NCBI RefSeq assembly: GCF_030144855.1
Contig: NC_082719.1
Location: 4,712,001 to 4,776,000 of the forward strand
From: Hypanus sabinus
Lineage: Eukaryota
Direction: 5' to 3'
Length of the DNA stretch: 64,000 bases
Shown here: positions 1 through 10,389 of the stretch, in pieces
Layout of the letters: each line of letters starts with the position of its first letter
Numbering within the stretch: the stretch's first letter is position 1
Notes under the pieces: generated by a model
Databases searched by the model: none
What the model was told of the DNA's origin: nothing
What the model saw: only the letters and a program-made list of their open reading frames with translations
Position numbers and translations under genes: made by a program

Positions 1-111
1 CAGCTGACCTCACTATCTGCTGCAGGGTCTTGCGATCCTTGATGGTGCAGTTTCCGAACCAGGCAGTGATGCAGCTGCTCGGGAAGCTCCCAATACAACC
101 CCTGTAGAACG
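1..111 (-). mobile_element. Rex1/Babar-type LINE fragment (runs off the window start)
   Basis: Reverse complement closely matches 15340-15450 and 53500-53610 ([21 protein letters not shown] region) of the longer Rex1 copies in this window. Confidence 0.85.
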
Positions 112-430
112 TAGTTGTACTTCTCCCATTTCTAAAGCATTGGACAGCTAGAGTTAAAGGTGGAAGAGAGAAAAAAATCTCCAAGATATGTAACTTCTTG
201 AAAATATTTTTATGAATAATGCTAACTGGGTATCCATGTTCTCATCACAAATACACAATAAATACTTTGATCATGGCATCGAAACTCAGTCTGGTGTGGG
301 ACCTTTTGAAACACTGGACTCAATCAGGTAACACACACAGAGACTGCTGTGGATTCCCTCTTCATTGTCCTGAATTTACCTCAGCTCCATGCAGGCTTCT
401 GTCTAAGCATTCATTCGCTTTCATCGGGAG

Positions 431-528
431 AGGTCCTTCAAGGTTTCAAGGTCATTGCAGTGATAAGCGCAGCACAGATAGAGCAGCTGGGAGCTTTTTA
501 CTCAGCTCCTTTTAGGATTGATGCCAAT
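431..528. promoter_or_regulatory. Candidate regulatory cluster: nuclear-receptor half-sites, GATA x2, E-box, CCAAT
   Basis: AGGTCC-n4-AGGTTT-n2-AGGTCA (431-454, includes TCAAGGTCA at 446-454), TGATAA 461-466, AGATAG 476-481, CAGCTG 484-489 and CCAAT 524-528 in non-repeat DNA. Motif match only. Confidence 0.3.
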
Positions 529-1228
529 CCCGCTTCAGCTAGCATTTTGAATATAAACTACCATATCAACTGTATTAAAACTTCAGATTTAATAGATGGT
601 TGAATTTCAGTTTATTAATATAATTTTTTTCCAACCCACTCATTTAATTTATTTTTGGAGGGTAACATTTTAACATTGGAACTTGGATTTCACCATATTT
701 GGGCAAAGAAAACATATGTTCCATATAGTACTAACACCCAGTGGATATTCCACAAAAAGTCATGAAACTAGCCAAAAAATATATTAAAAATAATACTTAA
801 ATGTGTTGGAGTCCCATGCAGTGAATCCAACAAGCCTACAGTTGTAGTATGCAGCTCCTATGTGTACAGTAAATAACATAAATACTTTTGTAATTATTTG
901 ATTAATGAAGTGATAGAACAACCGGTGATGAACTTTCAAGTATACAGAAAACTCAAAATAAAGGCTTGCTGATGGATCCATACCAGAACTGAGACTATTT
1001 GACCCATGTTATGCACCCTGAGTTTTTGACAGCATTCATACTCTCCAATTTATATCAAGAAGTGATGAAGAGAGCGTTCTGCAATTTATGACATCATCAT
1101 GTGCAGAAATGATGTTGGGATAATGTCAAATTCACAAACATAAAAAGTACCTGGTCCAATTTCCTAATGAACTCAATTTCACTTTGAAATGATCACTTCC
1201 ACAAACTACACCGGATTAAGACCGTAAT

Positions 1229-1530
1229 ACCATAAGATACAGGAGCAGAATTTGGCCATTTGGCCCATCAATTCTGCTGTGCCATTTCATCATGGTTGAC
1301 ACATTTTCTTTCTCAGTTCCAGTCTTCTGTCTTCTTTCTGCATCACTTCATGCCCTGAATAATTGAGGATCCATCAGCCTCTGCCTTAAATATACCCAAT
1401 GACCTGGCCTCCACAGCCACCTTTCACATTGACTTCCATAGATTCACCATTCCCTGGCTAAAAAAAATTCCTCCCCATCTCTATTTTAAAAAGATGCCCA
1501 TCTGTTCTGAGGGTGTGTCCTCTCACCTTA
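1229..1530 (-). mobile_element. CR1-type LINE 3' end fragment
   Basis: Minus strand encodes the degenerate ORF2 C-terminal motif FFSQxMVNLW, followed by a CR1-type 3' UTR. Same pattern as 44390-44640. Confidence 0.8.
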
Positions 1531-1774
1531 GATTAATGTGCTTTTGTGCGTGATTGATCCAATCTCCAGTTTCTTTGCTGTAAAATTTGTGTTGCCTTTT
1601 GCAAGGAGAGAGATCTTAAAATAAGACCTGTAGTGCAATAATTACACATTTGCAGACTATTAATTTTCTACGTGTATCTTGAGCAACTATATATCTCATT
1701 TTCAATTTTGTTAAAGATTTCCATTTTTGTATCTATAAACAGTTGATAAAAAAAGTCCCAAAGTTTGCAAAGCC

Positions 1775-1850
1775 ACAAACTACAGATGCTGGAAATTTGA
1801 AATAAAGCTGGGAGTGCTGGATAAGCTCAAAAGATCAAATAGCATCTGTG
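1775..1850 (-). mobile_element. Degenerate Penelope-like element 3' terminal fragment
   Basis: CAGATGCTGGAAAT...TGCTGG...AGCATCT aligns by eye to the element terminus at 10004-10090. Confidence 0.5.
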
Positions 1851-3050
1851 GTCATTTAAATTTTAGGTCAATGATCAATAATCAAGGACAGTTTTTAACA
1901 GAGTCTTGCTGTTTTTATTATAAAGTTTGCAAGGTAGTTTCTAAAAACCTGTGGCTTAGTCTTGATTGCAGATATACTGCTGCCACTGAGAAACTGTTTT
2001 CTTAGTCTAATTTTCTGGTTAGCTGTGCATTAATATTCAATTCATTGTAATCAAACTGCCACCACTTTTACATTAAACAAATAATTATTTTGAGAATAAA
2101 TTAATTTGTTTCACTAATTAATAACTTAAAGAAATACTAGCTGCTTCCATTGCTGCTCATTACATGATGTGGAATTGGTGATTGTAAACATTCAACACAA
2201 GGTTCAGAAATTGGAGCTTCACAGGTGTTCCATAATACTGCCCATTCTTTGTACAGTTCATAACTTTTGATTAGACAAAAGATCTTTATATTTACATAGG
2301 TTTAGTACAATATTGTCTTTATGATTGAAAACTGATACCGAGTATCTCCTTCATATATCTTTCCTTTGACATCTATATTATCTAAATCATGGGAATCTGT
2401 AAAAGCTCTGCTGGCTCTTTTCCAATAAATGGTATTTATTATAAAATCCATTTTGTCTCATTTGACAGGGAAAGAAACACGGTTGACCAGATAAACTCAC
2501 AGTCATGCAAGTCTTCAGTGAATGGAACTTCCTCATACTTAGTTGATGTTGGTATCAGCACACTATACAACCACATTATTTGACCAGTATAATAATCATC
2601 AGTCTCTTTGTCACTTATCCACATCAGAAAGTCATCACCATAACTAGAAAATATCTCTCTAATTTGATAGACTACCCCCTAGTCTTGTTTTTTGCTGGCA
2701 TTAACAGGCAAGGATTCTATGATTGCAGAAATAAAAAACGAAACACTGAAAATCAGAAGACGAACTGCAGCTGGCTATTTTGGGCCTTCTGAGCTTGCTC
2801 TGCATTCAGTCCGAGCGTGGCTGACTATCTATCTCAATACTCCCTCTTTCTGCTGCAGCTGAACCCTGGCATCAAGAATAACTTGATTTCTGTCCAGTTT
2901 CACAGGTTCAAAGATGGCTAATGAGACCACTGTCGGAATTGAAGACTCTTCTACAGATGTAGGAGGTGGGAGAGTACGTAATTTATAAGGCAGTGCACTC
3001 TTCCTGTTGTTGAAGTAGTGTTTCTGCGAGCTCGTGGTACTTGGCCTTGA

Positions 3051-4722
3051 GATAGAAACATAGAAAACTTACAGCACAATACAGGTCCTTTGGCCCACAC
3101 AGCCGAACCTGTGCCAAACATATTCTTACTTAGAAATTGCCTAATGTTACCCATAGCCCTCTAGTTTTCTGAGCTCCATGTATCTATTCAGTAGTCTCTT
3201 AAATGACCCTATCATATCCGCCTCCACCACCATCACCAGCAGGCCATTCCACACACTCACCACTCTGTGTAAAATACTTAACTCTGACATCCGCTCTGTA
3301 CCTACTTCCAGCACCTTAAAACTGTGTCCACTCAGGTTAGCCATTTCAGCCCTGGGAAAAAGCTCCTGACTATCCACACAATCAATGACTTTCATCATCT
3401 TATACACCTCTATCAGGTCACTTCCTTCCTCCGCCGCTCTGAGGAGAAAAGGCCAAATTCACTCAACCTATTCTCATTAGGCATTCTGCCCAATCCAGGC
3501 AACATCCTTGTAAATCTCCTCTGCACCCTTTCTATGGTTTCCACATTCTTCCTGTAGTGAGGTGCCCAGAGATGAGCACAGTACTCCAAGTGGGGTCTGA
3601 CCAGGGTCTAACATAGTTGTATCATTACCTCTGAGCTCTTAAACTCTATCCCACAGTTGATGAAAGCCAATGCACTGTATGCCTTCTTAACCACAGAGAC
3701 ATCCTGCCCAGCAGCTTTGAGTGTCCTATTGACTCAGACCCTAAGATCCCTCTGATCCTCCACACTGCCAAGAGTCTTTCCATTAATACTACATTCTGCC
3801 ATCATATTTGACCTACCAAAATGAACCACCTCACACTTATCTTGGTGGAACTCCACCTGACACTTCTCAGCACAGTTTTGCATCCTACTGATGCCCCACT
3901 GTAACCTTTAACAGCCCTCCACACTATCCACAACACCACCAAACTTTGCGTTATCAGCAGATTTACTAACCTGCCCCTCCACTTCCTCATCTAGGTCATT
4001 TATAAAAAGCACAAAGAGAAGGAGTCCCAGAACAGATCCCTGAGGCACACCACTGGTCACCAAACTCCATGCAGAATATGACCCATCTATAACCACTCTT
4101 TGCCTTCTGTGAGCAAACCAATTCTGGATCCACAAAGCAAGGTCCCTTTGGATCCCATGCCTCCTGACTTTCTCATTAAATGCCTTGCTAAAATCCATGT
4201 ACACTACATATAAGCTCTACCTTTATCAATGTCTTTAGTCCCATCCTCAAAAAATTCAATCAGGCTCGTAAGATAAAACCTGTCTTTGACAAAGTCATGC
4301 TGTCTATTCCTAATCATATTATGTCACTCCAAATGTTCATAAAGTCTGCTCTCAGGATCTTCTCCATCAACTTACTAAACACTGAAGTAAGACTCACTGG
4401 TCTATACTTTCCCGGGCTATCTCTACTCCCTTTCTTGAATAAGGGAACAACATCTGCAACCCTCCAATCCTCCATAACCTCTTCCATCCCCATTGATGAT
4501 GTAAAGATCATTGCCATAAGCTTAGCAATCTCCTCACTCACCTCCCACAGTAGCCTGGGGCACACCTCATCCAGTCCTGGAGACTCCTCCAACTTGATGC
4601 TTTCCAAAAGTTCCAGCACATCCTCTTTCTTAATGTCTATATGCTCAAGATTTTCAATCTACTCTAAGTCATCCCTATAATCACCAAGATCCTTCTCTGT
4701 AGTAAATATTGATGCAAAGTCT
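3051..4722 (-). mobile_element. CR1-type LINE, 5'-truncated, degenerate ORF2 RT
   Basis: ORF pieces SPGLDEVCPRLL..., VVPLFKKG...YRPVSLTS, YMDFSKAF, SGVPQGSVLG..LFINDLD. 3' tail of (TTCTATGT)-type repeats at 3051-3067. Confidence 0.95.
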
Positions 4723-4727
4723 TTTGA

Positions 4728-5793
4728 CTAGATGCCCCAGAAGAGCTGCTTAACAAGCGATGAGCCCATGGCATTACAGGAAAGATTTCAGCATGGATAA
4801 CGTGGTGGCTGATTGCAGGAGGCAAAGGGTGGGAAAAAAGGGAGCCTTCTCTGGCTGGTTGCTGGTGACTAGTGGTGTTTCATAGGGACCGATTCTATGT
4901 TGGGACCGATTCTGTTTACATTATTTGCCAATGATTTGCATGGTGGAATTGATGGTTTTATTGCAAAGTTGATATGAAGATAGGTAGAGGGGCAGGTAAT
5001 TTTGATGAAGTTGAGAGGCTACAGAATGACTTAGTTTAGGAGAATGGGTAAAGAAATGGCAGATGGAAAACAGTGTTGGGAAATGTATGATCATGAATTT
5101 TGGTGGAAGAAATGAAAGGGTTGACTATGTTTTTAAATGGAGAGAAAATACATAAGATGGAGGTGCAAAGGGACTTGGGAGTCTTTGTGCAGAATTCCCT
5201 AAAGGTTAATTTGCAGGTTGAGTTTGTGGTGAGGAAGGCAACCACAATGTTGGCACTCATTTCAAGGGGACTAGAATATGAAATCAAGAATGTGATGTTG
5301 AGACTTTATAAAGCACTGGTGAGGACTCACTTGGAATATTGTAAGCAGTTTTGGGCCTCTTATCTTAGAAAGAATGTGCTGAAATCGGAGAGGGTTGAAA
5401 GGAAATTCAGAAAAATTATTCCAGGATCAAATCGCTAGTCATATGAAGAGGTTTTGATGGCTCTGGGCCTGTATTCACTAGAATTCAGAAGAATGAAGGG
5501 TGGCCTCATTGAAGCCTCTCGAATGGTGAAAGGCCTTGATAGTGTGCATGTGAGAGAATGTTTCTTGTGGTTGGAGGATGTAAGATCAGAGTACACTGCC
5601 TCAGAATAGAGGGGTGTCCTTTTAGAATGGAGATGAGGAGCAATTTCTTTTGCCAGAGAATGGTGAATCTGTGGAATTCTTTCAGACAGGCAGTTTTGGA
5701 GGCCAAGTCTTTATGTATGTTCAAGGCAGAGGATGATATATTCTTGATTGGTCAGAGCATGAAGGGATACGGGGAGAAAGCAGGAGATTGGGG
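4728..5793 (+). mobile_element. CR1-type LINE fragment (different subfamily), RT C-terminal half
   Basis: QRDLGVFV..., LYKALVRTHLEYCKQFWASYL, MRSNFFCQRMVNLWNS, GYGEKAGDWG. Confidence 0.92.
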
Positions 5794-5824
5794 CTCCTTT
5801 CAATAATACTTGCTAACTTTTTCT

Positions 5825-8105
5825 TTGTTTTTGTAATTTATTTTTTATTGAAGTTCATCAAACAAACATTTCCATAAGACGTATTTCAGACATTGTACAT
5901 ATATATCATATAATCATATATATCACAAATCTCCACAAAGTATTTATCTGAGGTAGACACTTATAGAAAAGAGTGGAAAGAAAAAAAACAAGCAAAAGAA
6001 AAGAACTATGTACAAGTCGGGAGTGATCTTTTTTTTTACAACAGATTCATTGATTTGTGAGAATAAAATCAGGCCAATGAGGCATTATGTAGTTAAACCA
6101 TTTTTCCCAGTATGAATCAAATTGTTCCAGCTTATGATTAACAGATGCTGTTATTTTCTCCATTTTGTAAATGTCCATTGTAATTTCTATCCATGTATTT
6201 AAAGTTAGGCTCTCCTGTGATAACCATTTCTTAGTAAGAGTATTTTTACCAGCCACCAACAGTATATTCATTAAATATTTATCTCTTTTCAACCATTCTT
6301 GAGGTATATATCCAAAATATATGGTCTTACTCTCTAAGGGTATTTCACATTTAAAGATGTCTTGTAGGGCATTGTGTATCCCTCTCCAATAGTTTTTGAT
6401 AACAGGGCAGTCCCAAAAAATATGACAATGATTTGCATTTTGATTTCCACAATTTCTCCAGCAAACAGGGAGGTTACTATCATAATGGGATTTCTGAGAG
6501 GGTGTAATAAAATATCTTATCAAGTTTTTCCATCCAAACTCCCTCCATTTCTGTGAACTGGTACACTTCCATTGATACCTCCATATTGTTGTCCATTCTT
6601 TCTGAGATATAATTATCCCTCCTTCCTTCTCCCATTTTGTTTTAATATATGAAGTCGAATGTGTTTTAAAATTTGACAACCCCTTACACATGCTTGAAAT
6701 GATTCTACTACCATTATCTAAATTATATGCTTTTCTAAAGAGCTCTATCAAACATGTATTTGCCTTGGTTACATTTTTAAGCGTCTTATTAACATATTGT
6801 TGCATCTGTAAATACCGATAAAAATTTTGTTTTTCAAATAAGTGTTTCTCTTTAAGCATTTCAAAACTGAACAGTGTTCCTTCTTTCATTATGTTGCAAA
6901 GAACTGTTATTCCTTTAGCCGTCCAGTCCTTAAATCTAGCATCCAATTTATTTGGTGTAAAATCCGAGTCATATGCACACCATTTAAGAATTGCAATATC
7001 TCCCTCTAGATTATATTCTTTTTATAGTAGTTTTCCATACTTTAAGAGTCAATTTCACCCATGGGTTATCAATAGTAGTTATGTACCTTTGCAGGTTGTT
7101 ATCAGGCAAAATTTCTTGTATGGGGATGGGAAGTACCCACTCCTCAATGTTTTTCCATTGAGCGTCATATGATAGGTTGCACCAACACATCACAGCTCTC
7201 AACTGTGCTGCAAAATAAATAATCTCTAAGAGAAGGTAGGCCCCATCCCCCCTTTTCCTTTGCTAATTGCAAAGTTTTGAGACGAACTCTAGGCCTTTTA
7301 CCCTGCCAAATATACCTTGATAGCATCTTGTTCCATTCATTGAATTGATTTTGATTAATCTCTATTGGTAGGGTCTGAAAGAGAATAACAGTCTGGGCAG
7401 TATATTCATTTTAATAGATTCAATCCTTGAACTGAGACTGAAAAAATGAATCAGGCTCCATCTTGCCATATCTTCCTTAATTTTTTTATATAAAGGCTGA
7501 TAATTGCAATCTGATAATTTTGCCAAATCTTTTGGCATAATGATGCCCAAATATTCAGAAGACTGTTTGCCATGCCCAGGGTTATCGACTTTCAATTTCT
7601 CGGTGGGCTATAGTAATATGAAAGTAATTGGGTTTTAGCTATGTTGATCTTGTATCCTGATAATTGACCATATTGTTCAAAGGATTGCTGGTTGCCCTAG
7701 ATAGATCAAAATGTCATCCCCATAACAAGCCAATTTATGCTCTGTCCCTTTAATAGTAATTCCCCTGATATCTTCATTTTGTCTGATGTATTGAGCTAAT
7801 GGTTCCAGATATAACACGAAGAGTAGTGGTGACCATGCACAAACCTGCCTCGTGCCCCTTTCTAGGGTAAGACTATTAGAAAAATATCTATTAAATATCC
7901 ATTGGCTCTAAAAACAAATGCCACCCAGTTGGAAGGAAGCGATAATCTCAACTACACCGAAAGAAGGCAAAATGGAATGCGGGTCAGTTAGACCAATATC
8001 CCTTCTTAATATAGGTTATAGGTTATTTATGTCCATCATGGTCAAACGATTAGAGGAGTTTCTACCCATACTGATATGTAACAATCAGACAGGTTTTATA
8101 TGACA
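5825..8105 (-). mobile_element. L1-clade LINE, 5'-truncated with inverted 5' segment (7902-8105 on +), 15-bp TSD
   Basis: TSD TTGCTAACTTTTTCT at 5810-5824 and 8106-8120. AATAAA and A-rich tail at 5825-5850 (minus). RT motifs ERGTRQ and YGDD on minus, RPISLLN...QTGFI on plus. Empty site reads TTTCT/AA, similar to the L1 endonuclease consensus. Confidence 0.95.
6047..6946 (-). pseudogene. L1 ORF2 C-terminal region remnant (299 aa open segment) with CCHC knuckle
   Basis: CWRNCGNQNANHCHIFWDC matches the L1 ORF2 Cys/His motif. The upstream RT part is frameshifted. Confidence 0.9.
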
Positions 8106-9179
8106 TTGCTAACTTTTTCTAATCCCATTTATCAATGTCCTGTTATCACATTTCTACTCAAACATTTTTGCTACCTCTTGTGTTAAGTAAGTGCTCTGTA
8201 ATCACATAGTTTTGCTCTCCCTCCTTTTTAAACTCAGAAGATTGCATTTCTCACCTTCCAATCAACAGGAACCGTCCCATGATCCATAGAATTTTAAGCT
8301 AGGAGTCACGGTCTTTGAAACAAGGTTATGGCAATTAGATTATTAGATTGAGATGCAGAAAATATTCCTTTTGCAGAGCATGTTGAATCTTTGGAATTCT
8401 TTACCCCAGATGAATAGAATCAAAAACTCAGAAAACAATGAATAACAACTTCAAAAAAATTTAAAAATGCATTTTTGGACAGCTTCTTAATCACTGGGAA
8501 GTGTGGGTGAATCAAGAATTCAGTACTGAAGCAGAACAAAAGCTAAATATAACCAGACATTTGATGAAATTTTTCTGTAGGGACACCATTAATCTGCATC
8601 AATACATAATTTGTCTCTGCATTAATACATACACTTCCCACAATAAAATAAAAACAAAATAATCACCTGTTATTTTCCATGCCTTGTTAACTTTCATGCA
8701 GCAGTTTGACAACTGGTCCTCTAGAAATTAGGAGTTAGATGTGATCCAGAAAATGTTGTACTGACAAATAAAACCTATCCAAAGTAGATAGCTTTTAATG
8801 TGAATATCTACGGCCAATTCTAATTGCGGGCTTTTACTTCCACAAAACAACAACTTCTGACTGAGACACAACTGGCTACAATTGACTTTAAAAGTGTGTC
8901 TATTTAGATAACTTAAAATGGTCTATTTTATCATTATTTTGCTTCATTTCTTAATTTTTCGTCTGTCTGAGTTTCTAAAGGTTTTTATGCCTTCAGCCAC
9001 GTTATGCTTCTCATTCCCTTTTAGGATGTTACTTTAGATCAATCGATGTAGTCTGCTAAATTAGAATCAGCAGTACAATATGGTTCTCATATACTGAACA
9101 AATTAATTTCAGACAGAAAAGTATAAAAATAAATTTGACCTACATTGGTCAGGGACCATTTGTGATTAACTTTGAAGAA

Positions 9180-9255
9180 CAAACCAAAACGTTAACTCTG
9201 CTTCTCTCTGCCTGATGCTGCCTGACTTGCTGAATATTTCCAGCATTCTCTGATC
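9180..9255 (+). mobile_element. Degenerate Penelope-like 3' terminal fragment
   Basis: AAACGTTAACT...GATGCTGCCTGACTTGCTGAATATTTCCAGCATT resembles 47056-47118 and the reverse complement of 10050-10111. Confidence 0.5.
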
Positions 9256-9589
9256 CTGATTTTCAATTCCACAACATTGCCAATGGCACTAAAATTCACT
9301 CTTGCTAACAGTTAAAAATACTTTTCCTTCACAAGATGTGTGCATCAGCAGAAAGGCCAGCATTTAATGCAAATCTCTAATTGCCTCTGACAAAGCATCA
9401 GCAACAATGAAGCAGTAATCAATATCCAAGGCAAACTGATCTGTAACTAGAGATCAGTATCTGGGTGTTGATACTCCCACGGGTTTGATGCTCAAACGTC
9501 CTCTCAACTGGCCTAAAGATCATTCAGGACCTTTGCATTTAAATAGGGAGGAATAAAACTTTAGAGGACTTACAAATATCTAAGCAAGC

Positions 9590-9833
9590 ATATTGCCAGG
9601 CAAAGGACAGCTTTTTTCCTGCTATTACCAGAACTCTTGTACAGACCTCTCACACACTGAAAGATGAATACTTGATCAGCTAATCAGATGCTGTGCATGT
9701 TATTTGTCTATCTGCAATCATGCCCTTCATCTGCAACACTATATTCTGCAATTTGTTTTCCTTTTACTACTTCAGTGTTCTTATGAATGGCATGGTCTGC
9801 CTGGATGGCACTCAAACAATAGCTTTTCATTGT
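9590..9833 (+). mobile_element. Rex1-type LINE 3' UTR fragment, split by the Penelope insertion (resumes at 13971-14005)
   Basis: Starts with GGACAGCTTTTTTCCTGCTATTACCAG (the DSFFP end-of-ORF motif). Joining across the duplicated GCTTTTCATTGT restores a tail ending GATAATAAACTAATACC. Confidence 0.7.
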
Positions 9834-10097
9834 GCAAACACCAGGAAATCTGCGGATGCTGGAAATTCAAACAACAACACACACCAAATGCTGGAGGAAG
9901 ACTGGGTGAGCTAAGTTAAGTGAAAAGCTTTTAAAAGGGTGATACTGTATCCACAAAAAGCATGTTTCTGTTAGAGTAAAGGGTAATGTAGGCAAGTTTA
10001 GGGAACACGAGGAAATCTGCAGATGCTGGAAATTCAAACAACACACACAAAATGCTGGTGGAACACAGCAGGCCAGGCAGCATCTATAGAGAGAAGC

Positions 10098-10137
10098 ACT
10101 GCTGACGTTTCGGGCCGAGACCCTTCATCAGGACTAA
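10098..10137 (-). ncRNA. Minimal type I hammerhead ribozyme motif of the Penelope 3' terminus (stem I damaged)
   Basis: Minus strand reads gtc-CTGATGA-A-GGGT-ctcg-GCCC-GAAAC-GTC-agc. Catalytic boxes, 4-bp stem II and the palindromic ACGT stem III with GUC cleavage triplet are intact. The 3' arm of stem I reads AGC where GAC is needed. Confidence 0.8.
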
Positions 10138-10389
10138 CTGAAAGGAAAGATAGTAAGAGATTTGAAAGTATTGGGGGGAGGGGGAAATGTGAAATGATAG
10201 AAGAAGACCGGAGGGGGTGGGATGAAGCTAAGAGCTGGAAAGGTGATTGGCGAAAGTGATACAGAGCTGGAGAAGGGAATGGATCATGGGACAGGAGGCC
10301 TCAGGAGAGAGGGAGAGAACCAGAGTGAGATGGAGAACAGGCAAACAACTAAATATGTCAGGGATGGGGTAAGAAGGGGAGGAGGGGCA

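Noticed and set aside
3051-5793. Head-to-head CR1 pieces as one element with a 5' inversion
   Set aside because: Both pieces cover the same RT region, have different sequences and 3' ends (different subfamilies), and share no TSD.
9998-10003. TTAGGG directly at the Penelope 3' end, suggesting telomere priming
   Set aside because: It is a single hexamer, the element has its own GIY-YIG endonuclease, and there is no telomeric array. Compatible with chance.
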